Source: an uncultured Prevotellaceae bacterium (GTDB lineage: Bacteria > Bacteroidota > Bacteroidia > Bacteroidales > Bacteroidaceae). From it: a stretch of 64,000 nucleotides of DNA. The notes under the pieces were generated by a model that saw only the letters and a list, made by a program, of their open reading frames with translations, did not search any database and had not been told where the DNA came from. The stretch spans positions 3,082-67,081 of the forward strand of contig CAMBDA010000015.1 in assembly GCA_945865175.1 (NCBI GenBank), written 5' to 3'. This document shows positions 27,476-36,858 of the stretch, piece after piece (position 1 is the first letter of the stretch; the number at the start of each line of letters is the position of its first letter). A program made the translations under genes and the position numbers.

Positions 27476-27483
27476 CAAAATTA
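27476..27483 (-). promoter_or_regulatory. -7 promoter box for the leader-pheA operon
   Basis: Minus-strand TAATTTTG, 38 nt upstream of the leader ATG. Confidence 0.5.
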
Positions 27484-27538
27484 GCGCTTTTTCTGAAAAC
27501 AGCAAAGGATTTTCCCATTTTTTTATTAAAAAATATCC

Positions 27539-27610
27539 CTACTTGTTTTTTCCGCCCATAAGCCAGTTCCAGACAATGACCAGAAACAGGGCCCACAACA
27601 ACAGTTCCAT
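27539..27610 (-). CDS. 23-aa hydrophobic peptide MELLLWALFLVIVWNWLMGGKNK (tentative)
   Basis: Absent from the track. GGAGG lies 6 nt upstream of the ATG. Sits 38 nt downstream of the TPR gene. Mostly G/C-ending codons. Confidence 0.35.
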   Translation of the reverse strand: MELLLWALFLVIVWNWLMGGKNK

Positions 27611-27648
27611 CTACGCCTCCGTTTTTTATTGAAAAGGATTATCCCTGC

Positions 27649-27849
27649 CTATGCCTTGAACGCTCCGCTGAGGCCCGCCAACAAATCCGGATCCATGCGT
27701 GCAGCCTGCTGCAGGTCGGCCAAGGCACCCTCATGGTCACCCACCATCATGCGCAAGCGTCCACGTTCCTTCAGCAGCTGCGCTGTGGGATTGTTTGCAA
27801 TCTCCTTGTCCAGGGCCTGAATAGCCACGTTGATTATCTCCTTGTCCAT
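27649..27849 (-). CDS. Small tetratricopeptide-repeat-like protein (66 aa)
   Basis: MDKEIINVAIQALDKEIANNPTAQLLKERGRLRMMVGDHEGALADLQQAARMDP fits one to two TPR helices. Confidence 0.6.
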   Translation of the reverse strand: MDKEIINVAIQALDKEIANNPTAQLLKERGRLRMMVGDHEGALADLQQAARMDPDLLAGLSGAFKA

Positions 27850-27888
27850 ATTCTGATATTTTTGACAGTTTCTATATCCTTCGATTGT

Positions 27889-29160
27889 TTACGCCTCCAC
27901 CCGGGCCGTAAAGCCCAACGCGGCCAGGGCCTCCACCAGCTTTTGCCCGTCCGGCTGGCCGCCTTCCACAAAGGCCGTGCCCGAGGCCAGGTCCACCTCA
28001 GCCTTCTCCACACCCTCCACAGACTCCAGGGCCTTGCGGGCGTTGGCGGCACAATGGTTGCAGTTCATGCCCTCCACACGGAGCACGGTGCGGGCATGGC
28101 AAGGAGCATGATGATGGGCATGCAGGCGACCCCTCAGACGGTTCACCACCAGCGCGTTGAGCAGCAGCAACAACAGCACGCCTGCAGCTGCCACATGCCA
28201 CCACGAAGCGCCTCCTTCCATGCAGCAGCCCACCGTCTGCAGCCTCCCGTCAAACCAGACACGGGGCAGCAGCCAGTCCATAGCCAAGGCAAAGGCCACC
28301 GACCCCGTGACGATAGCCGCCAGATAGGTCCACAGCGTGCGCTTGCCCATCACCTTGCCGATGACCAGCATGCTGGCTACATTGCAGGCCGGACCGGCCA
28401 TCAGCAACACCAGCGCGGCTCCCGGTGTAATGCCCTTCATCATCAGCGCCACGGCGATGGGGATGCTGCCTGTGGCACACAGATACATGGGAATGCTGAA
28501 CAACAGCACAAACAGGATGCTCAGAAGTGTGTTGTCCCGAAAGGCATCGAACAGGCTCTCGGGCACCAGAGCGGTGATGAGACCGGCCACCAGCAGCCCC
28601 ACTACCAGCCATTTGCCGATGTCCTCCATCATCTCTACAAAGGCAAACCGCAAAGCCTCCTCCAGCCTTCGGCCGATAGAAGAGTCTGCAACAGGAACCT
28701 CCGACCCGCAGCATGCAGCCTGGGGGCCACAGGCCTCCTCTGCCCCACAGCGGGCCACACGGGATGTCAGGAAGCCTCCCCACAGTGCTGTGAGCAAGGC
28801 CGCAAGCGGCCGCACCACGGCAAAGGGAAGCCCCATGAGGCTATAGGTGGCCATGATGCTGTCCACTCCCGTCTGGGGTGTGGCAATGAGAAACGACACC
28901 GTTGCGCTCCCCGACGCACCCTCGCGCCGAAGACTCATAGCAGTGGGGATGACCCCGCACGAGCACAGGGGAAGCGGCACACCCAGCAAGGCTGCCATCA
29001 CCACGCTGCGCATACCATCGGCCGACAGATAGCGGGCAAAGAACTGGCTGGGGACAAAGGCATGCAGGATTCCCGCCAGCAGGAAACCCAGCAGAAGGAA
29101 AGGCGACATCTCCAAGAACAGCGATGCCGTGTCCTGTGCCACAGACAAAATGTAATCCAT
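27889..29160 (-). CDS. Permease (DUF318/SO_0444-type putative Cu/Zn efflux transporter) with a C-terminal heavy-metal-associated domain
   Basis: Start trimmed to MDYILSVAQD. Multi-TM protein with internal Cys clusters. C-terminal HMA fold has GMNCNHC. Confidence 0.8.
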   Translation of the reverse strand: MDYILSVAQDTASLFLEMSPFLLLGFLLAGILHAFVPSQFFARYLSADGMRSVVMAALLGVPLPLCSCGVIPTAMSLRREGASGSATVSFLIATPQTGVDSIMATYSLMGLPFAVVRPLAALLTALWGGFLTSRVARCGAEEACGPQAACCGSEVPVADSSIGRRLEEALRFAFVEMMEDIGKWLVVGLLVAGLITALVPESLFDAFRDNTLLSILFVLLFSIPMYLCATGSIPIAVALMMKGITPGAALVLLMAGPACNVASMLVIGKVMGKRTLWTYLAAIVTGSVAFALAMDWLLPRVWFDGRLQTVGCCMEGGASWWHVAAAGVLLLLLLNALVVNRLRGRLHAHHHAPCHARTVLRVEGMNCNHCAANARKALESVEGVEKAEVDLASGTAFVEGGQPDGQKLVEALAALGFTARVEA

Positions 29161-29193
29161 ATACACGTGTGAATGTTTTTTTGTTTTCGAATG

Positions 29194-29201
29194 CAAAATT
29201 A
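29194..29201 (-). promoter_or_regulatory. -7 promoter box for the efflux-permease operon
   Basis: Minus-strand TAATTTTG, 33 nt upstream of the ATG at 29160. Confidence 0.5.
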
Positions 29202-29255
29202 CAGTTTTTTTTGTGCAATGGCGTTGCAAAATTTGGATTATTTCGCAAAAGGCCC

Positions 29256-29263
29256 TAACTTTG
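29256..29263 (+). promoter_or_regulatory. -7 promoter box for mtnN-luxS
   Basis: TAACTTTG, only 7 nt upstream of the mtnN ATG. Confidence 0.45.
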
Positions 29264-29270
29264 CACATCA

Positions 29271-29981
29271 ATGAACAAGACTATAGCAATCCTTACTGCC
29301 ATGTCGGTAGAACATAGGCAGATTCTGGCCATGCTCTCGGATGTCCGGGAGGAACAGCACGGCCCCTACACCTACAGCATCGGCCTGTTGGGCCCCAACC
29401 GCATCGTGCTGCTCCAATGCGGCATAGGCAAGGTGAACGCCACCGCTGGCGTGGTGGACCTCATCCTCCACTACCGGCCCCAATGTGTGGTGAGCACAGG
29501 TGTGGCCGGGGGCATAGACAGCCATCTGGAAGTGATGGACGTGGTGGTGGGCACCCACACCTGCCACCATGATGTATGGTGTGGCGATGGTTACGAACCC
29601 GGACAGGTGCAAGGCCTGCCCGCTCGCTTTGAGGGCGACCCCGTCCTGCTCCGCAAGGCCACCGCCCTGCAGGCCGATGTGCGCATTGTGCCCGGCCTCA
29701 TCCTCACCGGTGACCGTTTCATCACCAGCCACAGCGAACAGCAGAGCCTCAAGCAGGCCTATCCCGACGCGCTGGCCGTGGACATGGAAAGCGCAGCCAT
29801 CGCACAGGCATGCTACCTCTATGGCCTGCCCTTCGTGAGCATTCGCATCATCAGCGACACACCGGGAGCCGAGGGCCACTTTCAGCAGTACCTCAATTTC
29901 TGGCAGACCATGGCCGACAGGAGTTTCAGCGTGACACGTGCCTTCCTTTCCTCCCTACTGACCCAGTCCCACCACTGTTGA
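29271..29981 (+). CDS. mtnN: 5'-methylthioadenosine/S-adenosylhomocysteine nucleosidase
   Basis: 236 aa. IAILTAMSVE, GIGKVNA, VDMESAAIAQ. Confidence 0.85.
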   Translation: MNKTIAILTAMSVEHRQILAMLSDVREEQHGPYTYSIGLLGPNRIVLLQCGIGKVNATAGVVDLILHYRPQCVVSTGVAGGIDSHLEVMDVVVGTHTCHHDVWCGDGYEPGQVQGLPARFEGDPVLLRKATALQADVRIVPGLILTGDRFITSHSEQQSLKQAYPDALAVDMESAAIAQACYLYGLPFVSIRIISDTPGAEGHFQQYLNFWQTMADRSFSVTRAFLSSLLTQSHHC

Positions 29982-30026
29982 CAAACATACCGCTGTTTTA
30001 ATGAATTTGTATTTATTACATAAATT

Positions 30027-30503
30027 ATGGAAAAAATACCCAGTTTCACCATCAACCACGACAAACTGCTGCCAGGCATTTACGTGAGCCGGCGCGACAG
30101 CGTGGGTCATGAGGAGGTCACCACCTTCGACATCCGCATGAAAGCTCCCGGCCGTGAGCCGGCCATCCATCCGGGAGCCCTCCACACCATCGAGCATCTG
30201 GCCGCCACTTATCTGCGCAACCATCCCCAATGGAAGGACCGCATCATTTACTGGGGGCCCATGGGATGCCTCACAGGCAACTATCTGCTCATGCGCGGCC
30301 ACCTCGAACCAGCAGACATCCTTCCCCTCATGCAGGAAACATTCCGCTTCATCTCCACCTTTGAGGGCGAGGTGCCGGGCACAGCCTCGCGCGACTGTGG
30401 TAACCATCTGCTCCACGACCTGCCCATGGCCCAATGGGAGTCTGCCCGCTATCTGGAAGTGCTTGCCCATGCCACACAGGCCAACCTTTGCTACCCCCTC
30501 TAA
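30027..30503 (+). CDS. luxS: S-ribosylhomocysteine lyase
   Basis: 158 aa. Metal-binding HTIEH motif and conserved Cys (GCLTG). Confidence 0.9.
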   Translation: MEKIPSFTINHDKLLPGIYVSRRDSVGHEEVTTFDIRMKAPGREPAIHPGALHTIEHLAATYLRNHPQWKDRIIYWGPMGCLTGNYLLMRGHLEPADILPLMQETFRFISTFEGEVPGTASRDCGNHLLHDLPMAQWESARYLEVLAHATQANLCYPL

Positions 30504-31429
30504 TGCTTACAGGCGAGATACTGTCGCTCACAGTGGCTGTGATGTGGACCTTCACAGCCATCTTTGCCGAAATGGCCAGCCGGCGCATGGGTGCCCTGCC
30601 TCTCAACGTGTGGCGCATGGCGGTGACCATCGCAGCCATCATGATGCTGCTGTGGTGCACGGCAGGCAGTCCCTGGCCGCAGTATGCCGACGGCCGCGTA
30701 TGGGCATGGATGCTGGCCAGCGGATTTATGGGATTCGTGTTTGGCGACTACTGCCTCTTTGGCAGCTACCTGCTCATAGGCAGCCGTTTCGGCCAGCTGT
30801 TCATGACACTGGCCGGACCTTTTGCCGCTCTCTCCTCCTGGCTGGTGCTGGGCGAAAGCATGTCGTGGATTGCCCTCCTGGGTATGGTGGTCACCGTGGC
30901 AGGCATAAGTATTTCCATCTGTGCACGTGATGAGGCAGGCCATCGTCGAGTGCGTCTGCCCGTCAAGGGTATCCTGCTAGGACTGGGGGCCGGCATGGGA
31001 CAGGGCGTGGGGCTGGTATTGAGCAAGGCAGGCATCCAATGCTACGAGAGCCTGCTTCCTCCCGATGCAGCTGCCACGCAGACAATGCTCCCCTTTGCAG
31101 CCACAATGATGCGTGCCCTCATGGGGCTGTTGGGCTTCGGGCTGATGCTCCTCTGGCAGGGACGCACTCGCCAGCTGGCCTCCGCATGGGCCAGCCGCAG
31201 GACTGCCCTTCCGGCTCTGGGAGCCATCCTGCTGGGACCGCTCTTCGGAGTGAGCCTGAGCCTGCATGCCGTCCATCTCACATCCGCTGGTGTGGCACAG
31301 ACACTGATGTCACTCACGCCCGTCTTCATTCTGTGGCCTTCGCATGTCTTCTTCGGAACGCCCGTAAGAATGCGCGAAGTGGCAGGTGCCACGATAGCGA
31401 TTGCCGGCGCATCGCTTTTTTTCCTTTAA
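30503..31429 (+). CDS. DMT-superfamily (EamA-like) transporter
   Basis: Start trimmed to MLTGEILSLTV. 10-TM pattern. The ATG overlaps the luxS stop (TAATG). Confidence 0.8.
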   Translation: MLTGEILSLTVAVMWTFTAIFAEMASRRMGALPLNVWRMAVTIAAIMMLLWCTAGSPWPQYADGRVWAWMLASGFMGFVFGDYCLFGSYLLIGSRFGQLFMTLAGPFAALSSWLVLGESMSWIALLGMVVTVAGISISICARDEAGHRRVRLPVKGILLGLGAGMGQGVGLVLSKAGIQCYESLLPPDAAATQTMLPFAATMMRALMGLLGFGLMLLWQGRTRQLASAWASRRTALPALGAILLGPLFGVSLSLHAVHLTSAGVAQTLMSLTPVFILWPSHVFFGTPVRMREVAGATIAIAGASLFFL

Positions 31430-31487
31430 AGACTTGTCCAGTCCGAAGAAACGGACCGCACCTGGTTCCTCACTCCTGTCAAGAAAA

Positions 31488-31535
31488 TCCCGCCCGGACC
31501 TGCAGATGTGCGGGGACCGGGCGGGAACGTTTTTT
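31488..31535. terminator. Bidirectional terminator between the DMT transporter gene and glyA
   Basis: TCCCGCCCGG...CCGGGCGGGA 10-bp stem. A-run upstream, T6 downstream. Confidence 0.7.
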
Positions 31536-31560
31536 ATGGGGAGATGCCCCTGACGGGGGA

Positions 31561-32835
31561 TTACCAGGCGAAGAGGGGATAGCCCTTCATGATTTCGTTC
31601 ACCTCGGCACGTACCTGTGCGATGGTGGCTTCGTCCTCAGGATTGTCGAGCACACGTTCGATGAAGGCGGCAATCTGTTTCATCAGGTCCTCCTTGGCAC
31701 CACGGGTGGTGATGGCAGGCGTACCCAGGCGGATGCCGCTGGTCTGGAAGGCACTGCGCGAGTCGAAGGGCACCATGTTCTTGTTGACGGTGATGTCGGC
31801 AGCCACAAGCGCCTTTTCGGCCACCTTTCCGGTGAGGCTGGGGTACTTGGTGCGGAGGTCCACCAGCATGGAGTGGTTGTCGGTGCCGCCGCTGACGATG
31901 TGGAATCCTCTTTCAATCAGGCATTCGGCCAGACAGGCAGCGTTGGCCTTCACCTGTGCGGCCCACACCTTGAAGGAGGGCTGCAGCGCTTCGCCGAAGG
32001 CAACGGCCTTGGCCGCGATGACATGTTCCAGCGGTCCGCCCTGGATGCCGGGGAAGACAGCACTGTTGAGCAGTGCCGACATCATCTTCACCTCACCCTT
32101 GGGAGTGGTCTTGCCCCATGGGTTGGGGAAGTCCTGCCCCATGAGGATGATGCCACCGCGCGGACCGCGGAGGGTCTTGTGGGTGGTGCTGGTGACGATG
32201 TGGGCATACTTGACGGGATTGTCGAGCAGGCCGGCTGCAATGAGGCCAGCGGGATGTGCCATGTCGATCATGAGGATGGCGCCCACCTTGTCGGCAATCT
32301 CGCGCATGCGGCGGTAGTCCCATTCACGGCTGTAGGCCGAGCCGCCGCCGATGATCATCTTGGGGCGGTGCTGCAGGGCCAGCTGCTCCATTTCGTCATA
32401 GTCGATGCGGCCGGTCTCCTTGCACAGGTTGTAGCCGATGGGGTTGTAGATGATACCGCTGGTGTTTACCAGCGAACCGTGTGAGAGGTGGCCTCCATGG
32501 TCGAGGTTGAGCCCCATGAAGGTGTCGCCGGGATTGAGCACGGCCAGGAACACGGCTGCATTGGCCTGCGCTCCGCTGTGGGGCTGCACGTTGGCATACT
32601 CGGCGCCAAAGAGCTCCTTCACGCGGTCGATGGCCAGCTGTTCCACCTCATCCACCACCTGGCAGCCGCCGTAGTAGCGCTTGCCGGGATAGCCTTCGGC
32701 ATATTTGTTGGTCAGGCATGAGCCCATGGCCTGCATCACCTGGTCGCTCACAAAATTCTCGCTGGCAATCAGTTCGATGCCCCGCAGTTGACGCTGATGT
32801 TCCTTTTCAATCAGGTCGAAGATGGCTTTGTCCAT
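31561..32835 (-). CDS. glyA: Serine hydroxymethyltransferase
   Basis: 424 aa. ELIASENF and [12 protein letters not shown]. Confidence 0.95.
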   Translation of the reverse strand: MDKAIFDLIEKEHQRQLRGIELIASENFVSDQVMQAMGSCLTNKYAEGYPGKRYYGGCQVVDEVEQLAIDRVKELFGAEYANVQPHSGAQANAAVFLAVLNPGDTFMGLNLDHGGHLSHGSLVNTSGIIYNPIGYNLCKETGRIDYDEMEQLALQHRPKMIIGGGSAYSREWDYRRMREIADKVGAILMIDMAHPAGLIAAGLLDNPVKYAHIVTSTTHKTLRGPRGGIILMGQDFPNPWGKTTPKGEVKMMSALLNSAVFPGIQGGPLEHVIAAKAVAFGEALQPSFKVWAAQVKANAACLAECLIERGFHIVSGGTDNHSMLVDLRTKYPSLTGKVAEKALVAADITVNKNMVPFDSRSAFQTSGIRLGTPAITTRGAKEDLMKQIAAFIERVLDNPEDEATIAQVRAEVNEIMKGYPLFAW

Positions 32836-32875
32836 GATAATCTTTTTTTGTTTGTCTGTTTATGTAATGAGTGAA

Positions 32876-33331
32876 TTAAAGCAGTTTGGCGTCGGCGATG
32901 GAAAGCACCTTGTTGCAATAGTGACATTGGAAAAGGCCGGCTTCCTTGTCGACGACGTGCAAGCGCGTCTTCATGGGCTCGTTGTTGGTGATACATTTGG
33001 GGTTGGGGCAGCGCACGATGTCGGTCAGCTCATCGGGCATGCACACGGTCTTCTTTTCCGTCACCTCATAGTCGTGGATGATGCAGAGCGTGACATTGGG
33101 CGTGATGACCGAAAGCTGGTTGAGCTCCTCGTCGGAGAAAAACTTGTCGGCCACCTTGATGATGCCCTTGGTACCCATTTTCTTGCTCTTCAGATTGAAG
33201 CCGATGGTGATGGAAGCCTCGGCTTTTTCCAGATGGAGCAGGTTGATGACCTCGAATATCTTGGAGGAGGGGATGTGGTCGATGACGGTGCCGTTTTCCA
33301 GGGCGGCCACCTGTAGTTCTTGTCGTTTCAT
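32876..33331 (-). CDS. pyrI: Aspartate carbamoyltransferase regulatory subunit
   Basis: 151 aa. C-terminal Zn motif CPNPKC...CHYC. Confidence 0.9.
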   Translation of the reverse strand: MKRQELQVAALENGTVIDHIPSSKIFEVINLLHLEKAEASITIGFNLKSKKMGTKGIIKVADKFFSDEELNQLSVITPNVTLCIIHDYEVTEKKTVCMPDELTDIVRCPNPKCITNNEPMKTRLHVVDKEAGLFQCHYCNKVLSIADAKLL

Positions 33332-33349
33332 ATCGGTGTGTGGGGGATT

Positions 33350-34297
33350 CTACAAGATGATGGTTTTGTCGTTCTTGATGTCTTCGAGCGTGATGCCCAG
33401 GGCATCGCAGATGAGCGCCTGACGGGCGAAAAGGCCGCCCCGGGCCTGCTGGAAATAGTAGGCATGGCGTGTGTCGTCGATGCTGTATTCAATCTCGTTC
33501 ACCCTGGGCAGCGGGTGCAGGATTTTCATGTTGGCGCGTGCGCGGAAGAGCATGTCCTCCTTGAGCAGGTAGCAGTCCTTCACGCGCTCATACTCCATGA
33601 GGTCGGTGAAGCGCTCGCGCTGTACACGCGTCATGTAGATGATGTCGGCATCCGAGAGCACGTCGGCGTTGAACTCCTTGGTCTCCACAAAGCGTATGCC
33701 GTTTTGCCGGCAATACGTCTTGTAGCTCTCGGGCATGGCCAGCTCGTCGGGGGCGATGAAGTGGAAGGTGGGGTTGAAGTGGCGCATGGCCGTGAGCAGG
33801 CTGTGGACGGTGCGCCCGTACTTGAGGTCGCCCACCAGGAAGATGTTCAGGTTGTCGAGCGTGCCCTGGGTCTTCTGTATGGAATAGAGGTCGAGCATGG
33901 TCTGGCTGGGGTGCTGGTTGGCTCCGTCGCCGGCATTCACGATGGGTACGGGGGCCACTTCCGAGGCATACTGTGCGGCCCCTTCCAGATAATGGCGCAT
34001 CACGATGATATCGGCATAGTTGGAAACCATCATGATGGTGTCCTTCAGCGTTTCCCCCTTGGTGCCGCTGGTCACCTTGGGGTCGGCAAAGCCAATCACC
34101 CGTGCTCCCAGCCTGCCCGCGGCTGTCTCGAAGCTGAGCCTTGTGCGGGTGCTGGGCTCGAAGAACAGGGTGGCCACCACCTTTCCGTCCAGTATTTTCC
34201 GGTTGGGATGTTTCTCGAACTCGTGAGCCATTTCCAGCAGATACAGGATTTTTTCCTTGCTGTAGTTGGCAATCGTTACCAAGCTTCTGTTTTCCAT
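33350..34297 (-). CDS. pyrB: Aspartate carbamoyltransferase catalytic subunit
   Basis: 315 aa. STRTRLSFE and HPLPR motifs. Confidence 0.9.
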   Translation of the reverse strand: MENRSLVTIANYSKEKILYLLEMAHEFEKHPNRKILDGKVVATLFFEPSTRTRLSFETAAGRLGARVIGFADPKVTSGTKGETLKDTIMMVSNYADIIVMRHYLEGAAQYASEVAPVPIVNAGDGANQHPSQTMLDLYSIQKTQGTLDNLNIFLVGDLKYGRTVHSLLTAMRHFNPTFHFIAPDELAMPESYKTYCRQNGIRFVETKEFNADVLSDADIIYMTRVQRERFTDLMEYERVKDCYLLKEDMLFRARANMKILHPLPRVNEIEYSIDDTRHAYYFQQARGGLFARQALICDALGITLEDIKNDKTIIL

Positions 34298-34326
34298 AAT
34301 TTGCGTGTTAATTGTGTATAACTGGG

Positions 34327-34334
34327 CAAAATTA
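34327..34334 (-). promoter_or_regulatory. -7 promoter box for pyrB-pyrI(-glyA)
   Basis: Minus-strand TAATTTTG, 29 nt upstream of the pyrB ATG. Confidence 0.5.
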
Positions 34335-34429
34335 CAAATAAATCATTTCTTTGGCAAGGAATATGGGGTCTTTTTCTTGCTGTTTGCATACTTTTTCCGT
34401 TTTATGTTGCGTAAACCAATGTTTCTTCG

Positions 34430-34437
34430 TAACTTTG
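34430..34437 (+). promoter_or_regulatory. -7 promoter box for the PBP1A gene
   Basis: TAACTTTG, 26 nt upstream of the ATG at 34464. Confidence 0.5.
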
Positions 34438-34463
34438 TAACCTAAATTTCATGTATTGAAAGA

Positions 34464-36803
34464 ATGAGAAAGAAACTGATGTTTACCCTATGGGTAATAT
34501 TTATAGCGGCTGTGGTGGCAGTGGCGTACGTTTTTTACGAAATAGAACGGGGGGCCATTGGCTATATGCCCAACTTGCAGCAACTGGAGAATCCGGTGGA
34601 CAAATACGCCAGCCAGATCGTATCGGCCGACGGCAAGCTGCTGGGCACATGGAGCTACAGCAAGGCCAACCGCATCTTTGTGGGGTATGACGACCTGCCC
34701 CCGCATCTGGTGCAGGCCCTGGTGGCCACCGAGGACGAGCGCTTCTTCGACCATTCGGGCATCGATTTCAGGGCACTCGTGCGCGTGGCCGTGAAGACCA
34801 TCATCCTGCGGCAGAAGAGTGCGGGCGGCGGAAGCACCATCACCCAGCAGCTCGTCAAGCAACTCTATTCCGGCACGGCCTCCTCGCTCTGGGAACGTGC
34901 CCTGCAGAAACCCATCGAATGGGTGATTTCGCTCAAGATTGAACGCTATTACACCAAGGAGGAAATCATCACCATGTATCTCAACCATTTCGACTTCCTC
35001 CACAACGCTGTGGGCATCAAGACGGCCGCCAAGACCTATTTCGGCAAGGAACCACGCGACCTGGACACCTGCGAGGCGGCCACACTGGTGGGCATGTGCA
35101 AGAACCCCAGCTATTTCAATCCCGTGCGGAAAAACGAACGGTGCAGGGAACGCCGGAATGTGGTGCTGGGGCAGATGCTGAGGGCCGGCTACCTTACGGA
35201 GGCGCAGTACCAGGCCGAGCAGATACGCCCGCTCATCCTCGATTTCCACCGCGTGGACCACAAGCAGGGGGCCGGCACCTATTTCCGCGACTATCTGCGG
35301 CGCATGCTCATGGCCAAGAAGCCCGTGAGAAGCAACTATGCCTCCTGGCAGCAGCAGCTGTTCTACGAGGACTCGCTGGCCTGGGAGACCAACCCTGTGT
35401 ACGGCTGGTGCAACAAGAATCTCAACCGGGAGGGAAAACCCTATAACATCTACACCGACGGACTGAAAATCTACACCACCCTGGACAGCCGCATGCAGCG
35501 GTTTGCCGAGGAGGCCGTGCAGAAGCATGTGGTGGGTGAGCTGCAGCCGGCTTTCAACCGGGAACTGGCCAAGAGCAAGAACCGCCCCTACTACCAGGGA
35601 CTTTCGGCCGAACAGGTGAAGGCCGACCTCCAGCGGGCCGTGCGGCAGAGCGAACGCTATGTGAGAATGCAGGCCGACGGCTATTCCCACCAGGAGATTA
35701 TGGACGCCTTTGCCACACCCATGGAGATGACCGTCTACTCGCCCGCAGGCGATATAGACACCGTGATGAGCCCCATGGACAGCCTCAAGTATTACAAGAG
35801 TTTCCTGCGTACGGGCTTCATGTGCATGGAAAACGAGACGGGCTACGTGAGGGCTTATGTGGGCGGTACCGACTTCACCCATTTCCAGTATGACATGTGT
35901 ATGCAAGGACGCCGGCAGGTGGGGTCCACCATCAAGCCCTACCTGTATGCACTAGCCATGGAGAACGGATGGAGCCCGTGCGATGTGGCCCCCAATGTGC
36001 AACAGACCTATACTGTGGCCGGCGACCAGCAATGGACTCCCCGCAACGGCAGCCGCTCACATTATGGCGAGATGGTGACCCTGAAATGGGGCCTTGCGCA
36101 GAGCAACAACTGGATTTCGGCTTATCTGATGAGCCAGTTGTCGCCCGAAGCCCTGGTGCGCCTGATTCACGAGTTCGGCATCCTCAACCGAGACATCCAT
36201 CCCTCCATGTCGCTCTGCCTGGGACCTTGCGACATTTCCGTGGCCGAGATGGTGAGCGCCTATACGGCTTTTGCCGAAAAGGGCGTGCGCCGGATCCCCA
36301 TGCTGGTGACACGCATCGAGGACGGGTCGGGCAATGTGGTGGGCGAGTTTTCGCCTATGGTGCGTGAGGTGATATCCGAAGAGGCCGCCTACAAGATGGT
36401 GGTGCTGATGCAGGGCGTGATGAATGGAGGCTCGGGCTCGCGCATGCGGAACCGCTACAAGATAACGGCCGACATGGCCGGCAAGACCGGAACCACCAAC
36501 GACAATTCGGACGGCTGGTTTGTGGGCTACACCCCGAGCCTGAGCTTCGGCGCATGGGTGGGCGGCGACGAACGCGACATCCACTTTGCCAGCATGGCCC
36601 TGGGCCAGGGTGCCAACGCCGCGTTGCCCATCGTGGCGAAATTCCTGCTCGAAGTGTATGCCCATCCCGAACTGGGCTACAGCCCTGAGGAGAAATTCGA
36701 CATCCCGCAGGGGTTTGACCCCTGCAGCAGCGTGTATGGCGATGAAGACGAGGAGGTGGTGGAAATGCCAGTCTCCACCACACTGGATGACATGGCGAAC
36801 TGA
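34464..36803 (+). CDS. mrcA: Penicillin-binding protein 1A (bifunctional glycosyltransferase/transpeptidase)
   Basis: 779 aa. N-terminal TM helix, GT51 motifs (EDERFFDHSGID, GGSTITQQL) and transpeptidase motifs (STIKP, KTGTT). Confidence 0.85.
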   Translation: MRKKLMFTLWVIFIAAVVAVAYVFYEIERGAIGYMPNLQQLENPVDKYASQIVSADGKLLGTWSYSKANRIFVGYDDLPPHLVQALVATEDERFFDHSGIDFRALVRVAVKTIILRQKSAGGGSTITQQLVKQLYSGTASSLWERALQKPIEWVISLKIERYYTKEEIITMYLNHFDFLHNAVGIKTAAKTYFGKEPRDLDTCEAATLVGMCKNPSYFNPVRKNERCRERRNVVLGQMLRAGYLTEAQYQAEQIRPLILDFHRVDHKQGAGTYFRDYLRRMLMAKKPVRSNYASWQQQLFYEDSLAWETNPVYGWCNKNLNREGKPYNIYTDGLKIYTTLDSRMQRFAEEAVQKHVVGELQPAFNRELAKSKNRPYYQGLSAEQVKADLQRAVRQSERYVRMQADGYSHQEIMDAFATPMEMTVYSPAGDIDTVMSPMDSLKYYKSFLRTGFMCMENETGYVRAYVGGTDFTHFQYDMCMQGRRQVGSTIKPYLYALAMENGWSPCDVAPNVQQTYTVAGDQQWTPRNGSRSHYGEMVTLKWGLAQSNNWISAYLMSQLSPEALVRLIHEFGILNRDIHPSMSLCLGPCDISVAEMVSAYTAFAEKGVRRIPMLVTRIEDGSGNVVGEFSPMVREVISEEAAYKMVVLMQGVMNGGSGSRMRNRYKITADMAGKTGTTNDNSDGWFVGYTPSLSFGAWVGGDERDIHFASMALGQGANAALPIVAKFLLEVYAHPELGYSPEEKFDIPQGFDPCSSVYGDEDEEVVEMPVSTTLDDMAN

Positions 36804-36858
36804 GCAGACAACAACATCATAGCAACCAGCATAACAACATAAAGAAAATAGCGGAAAT

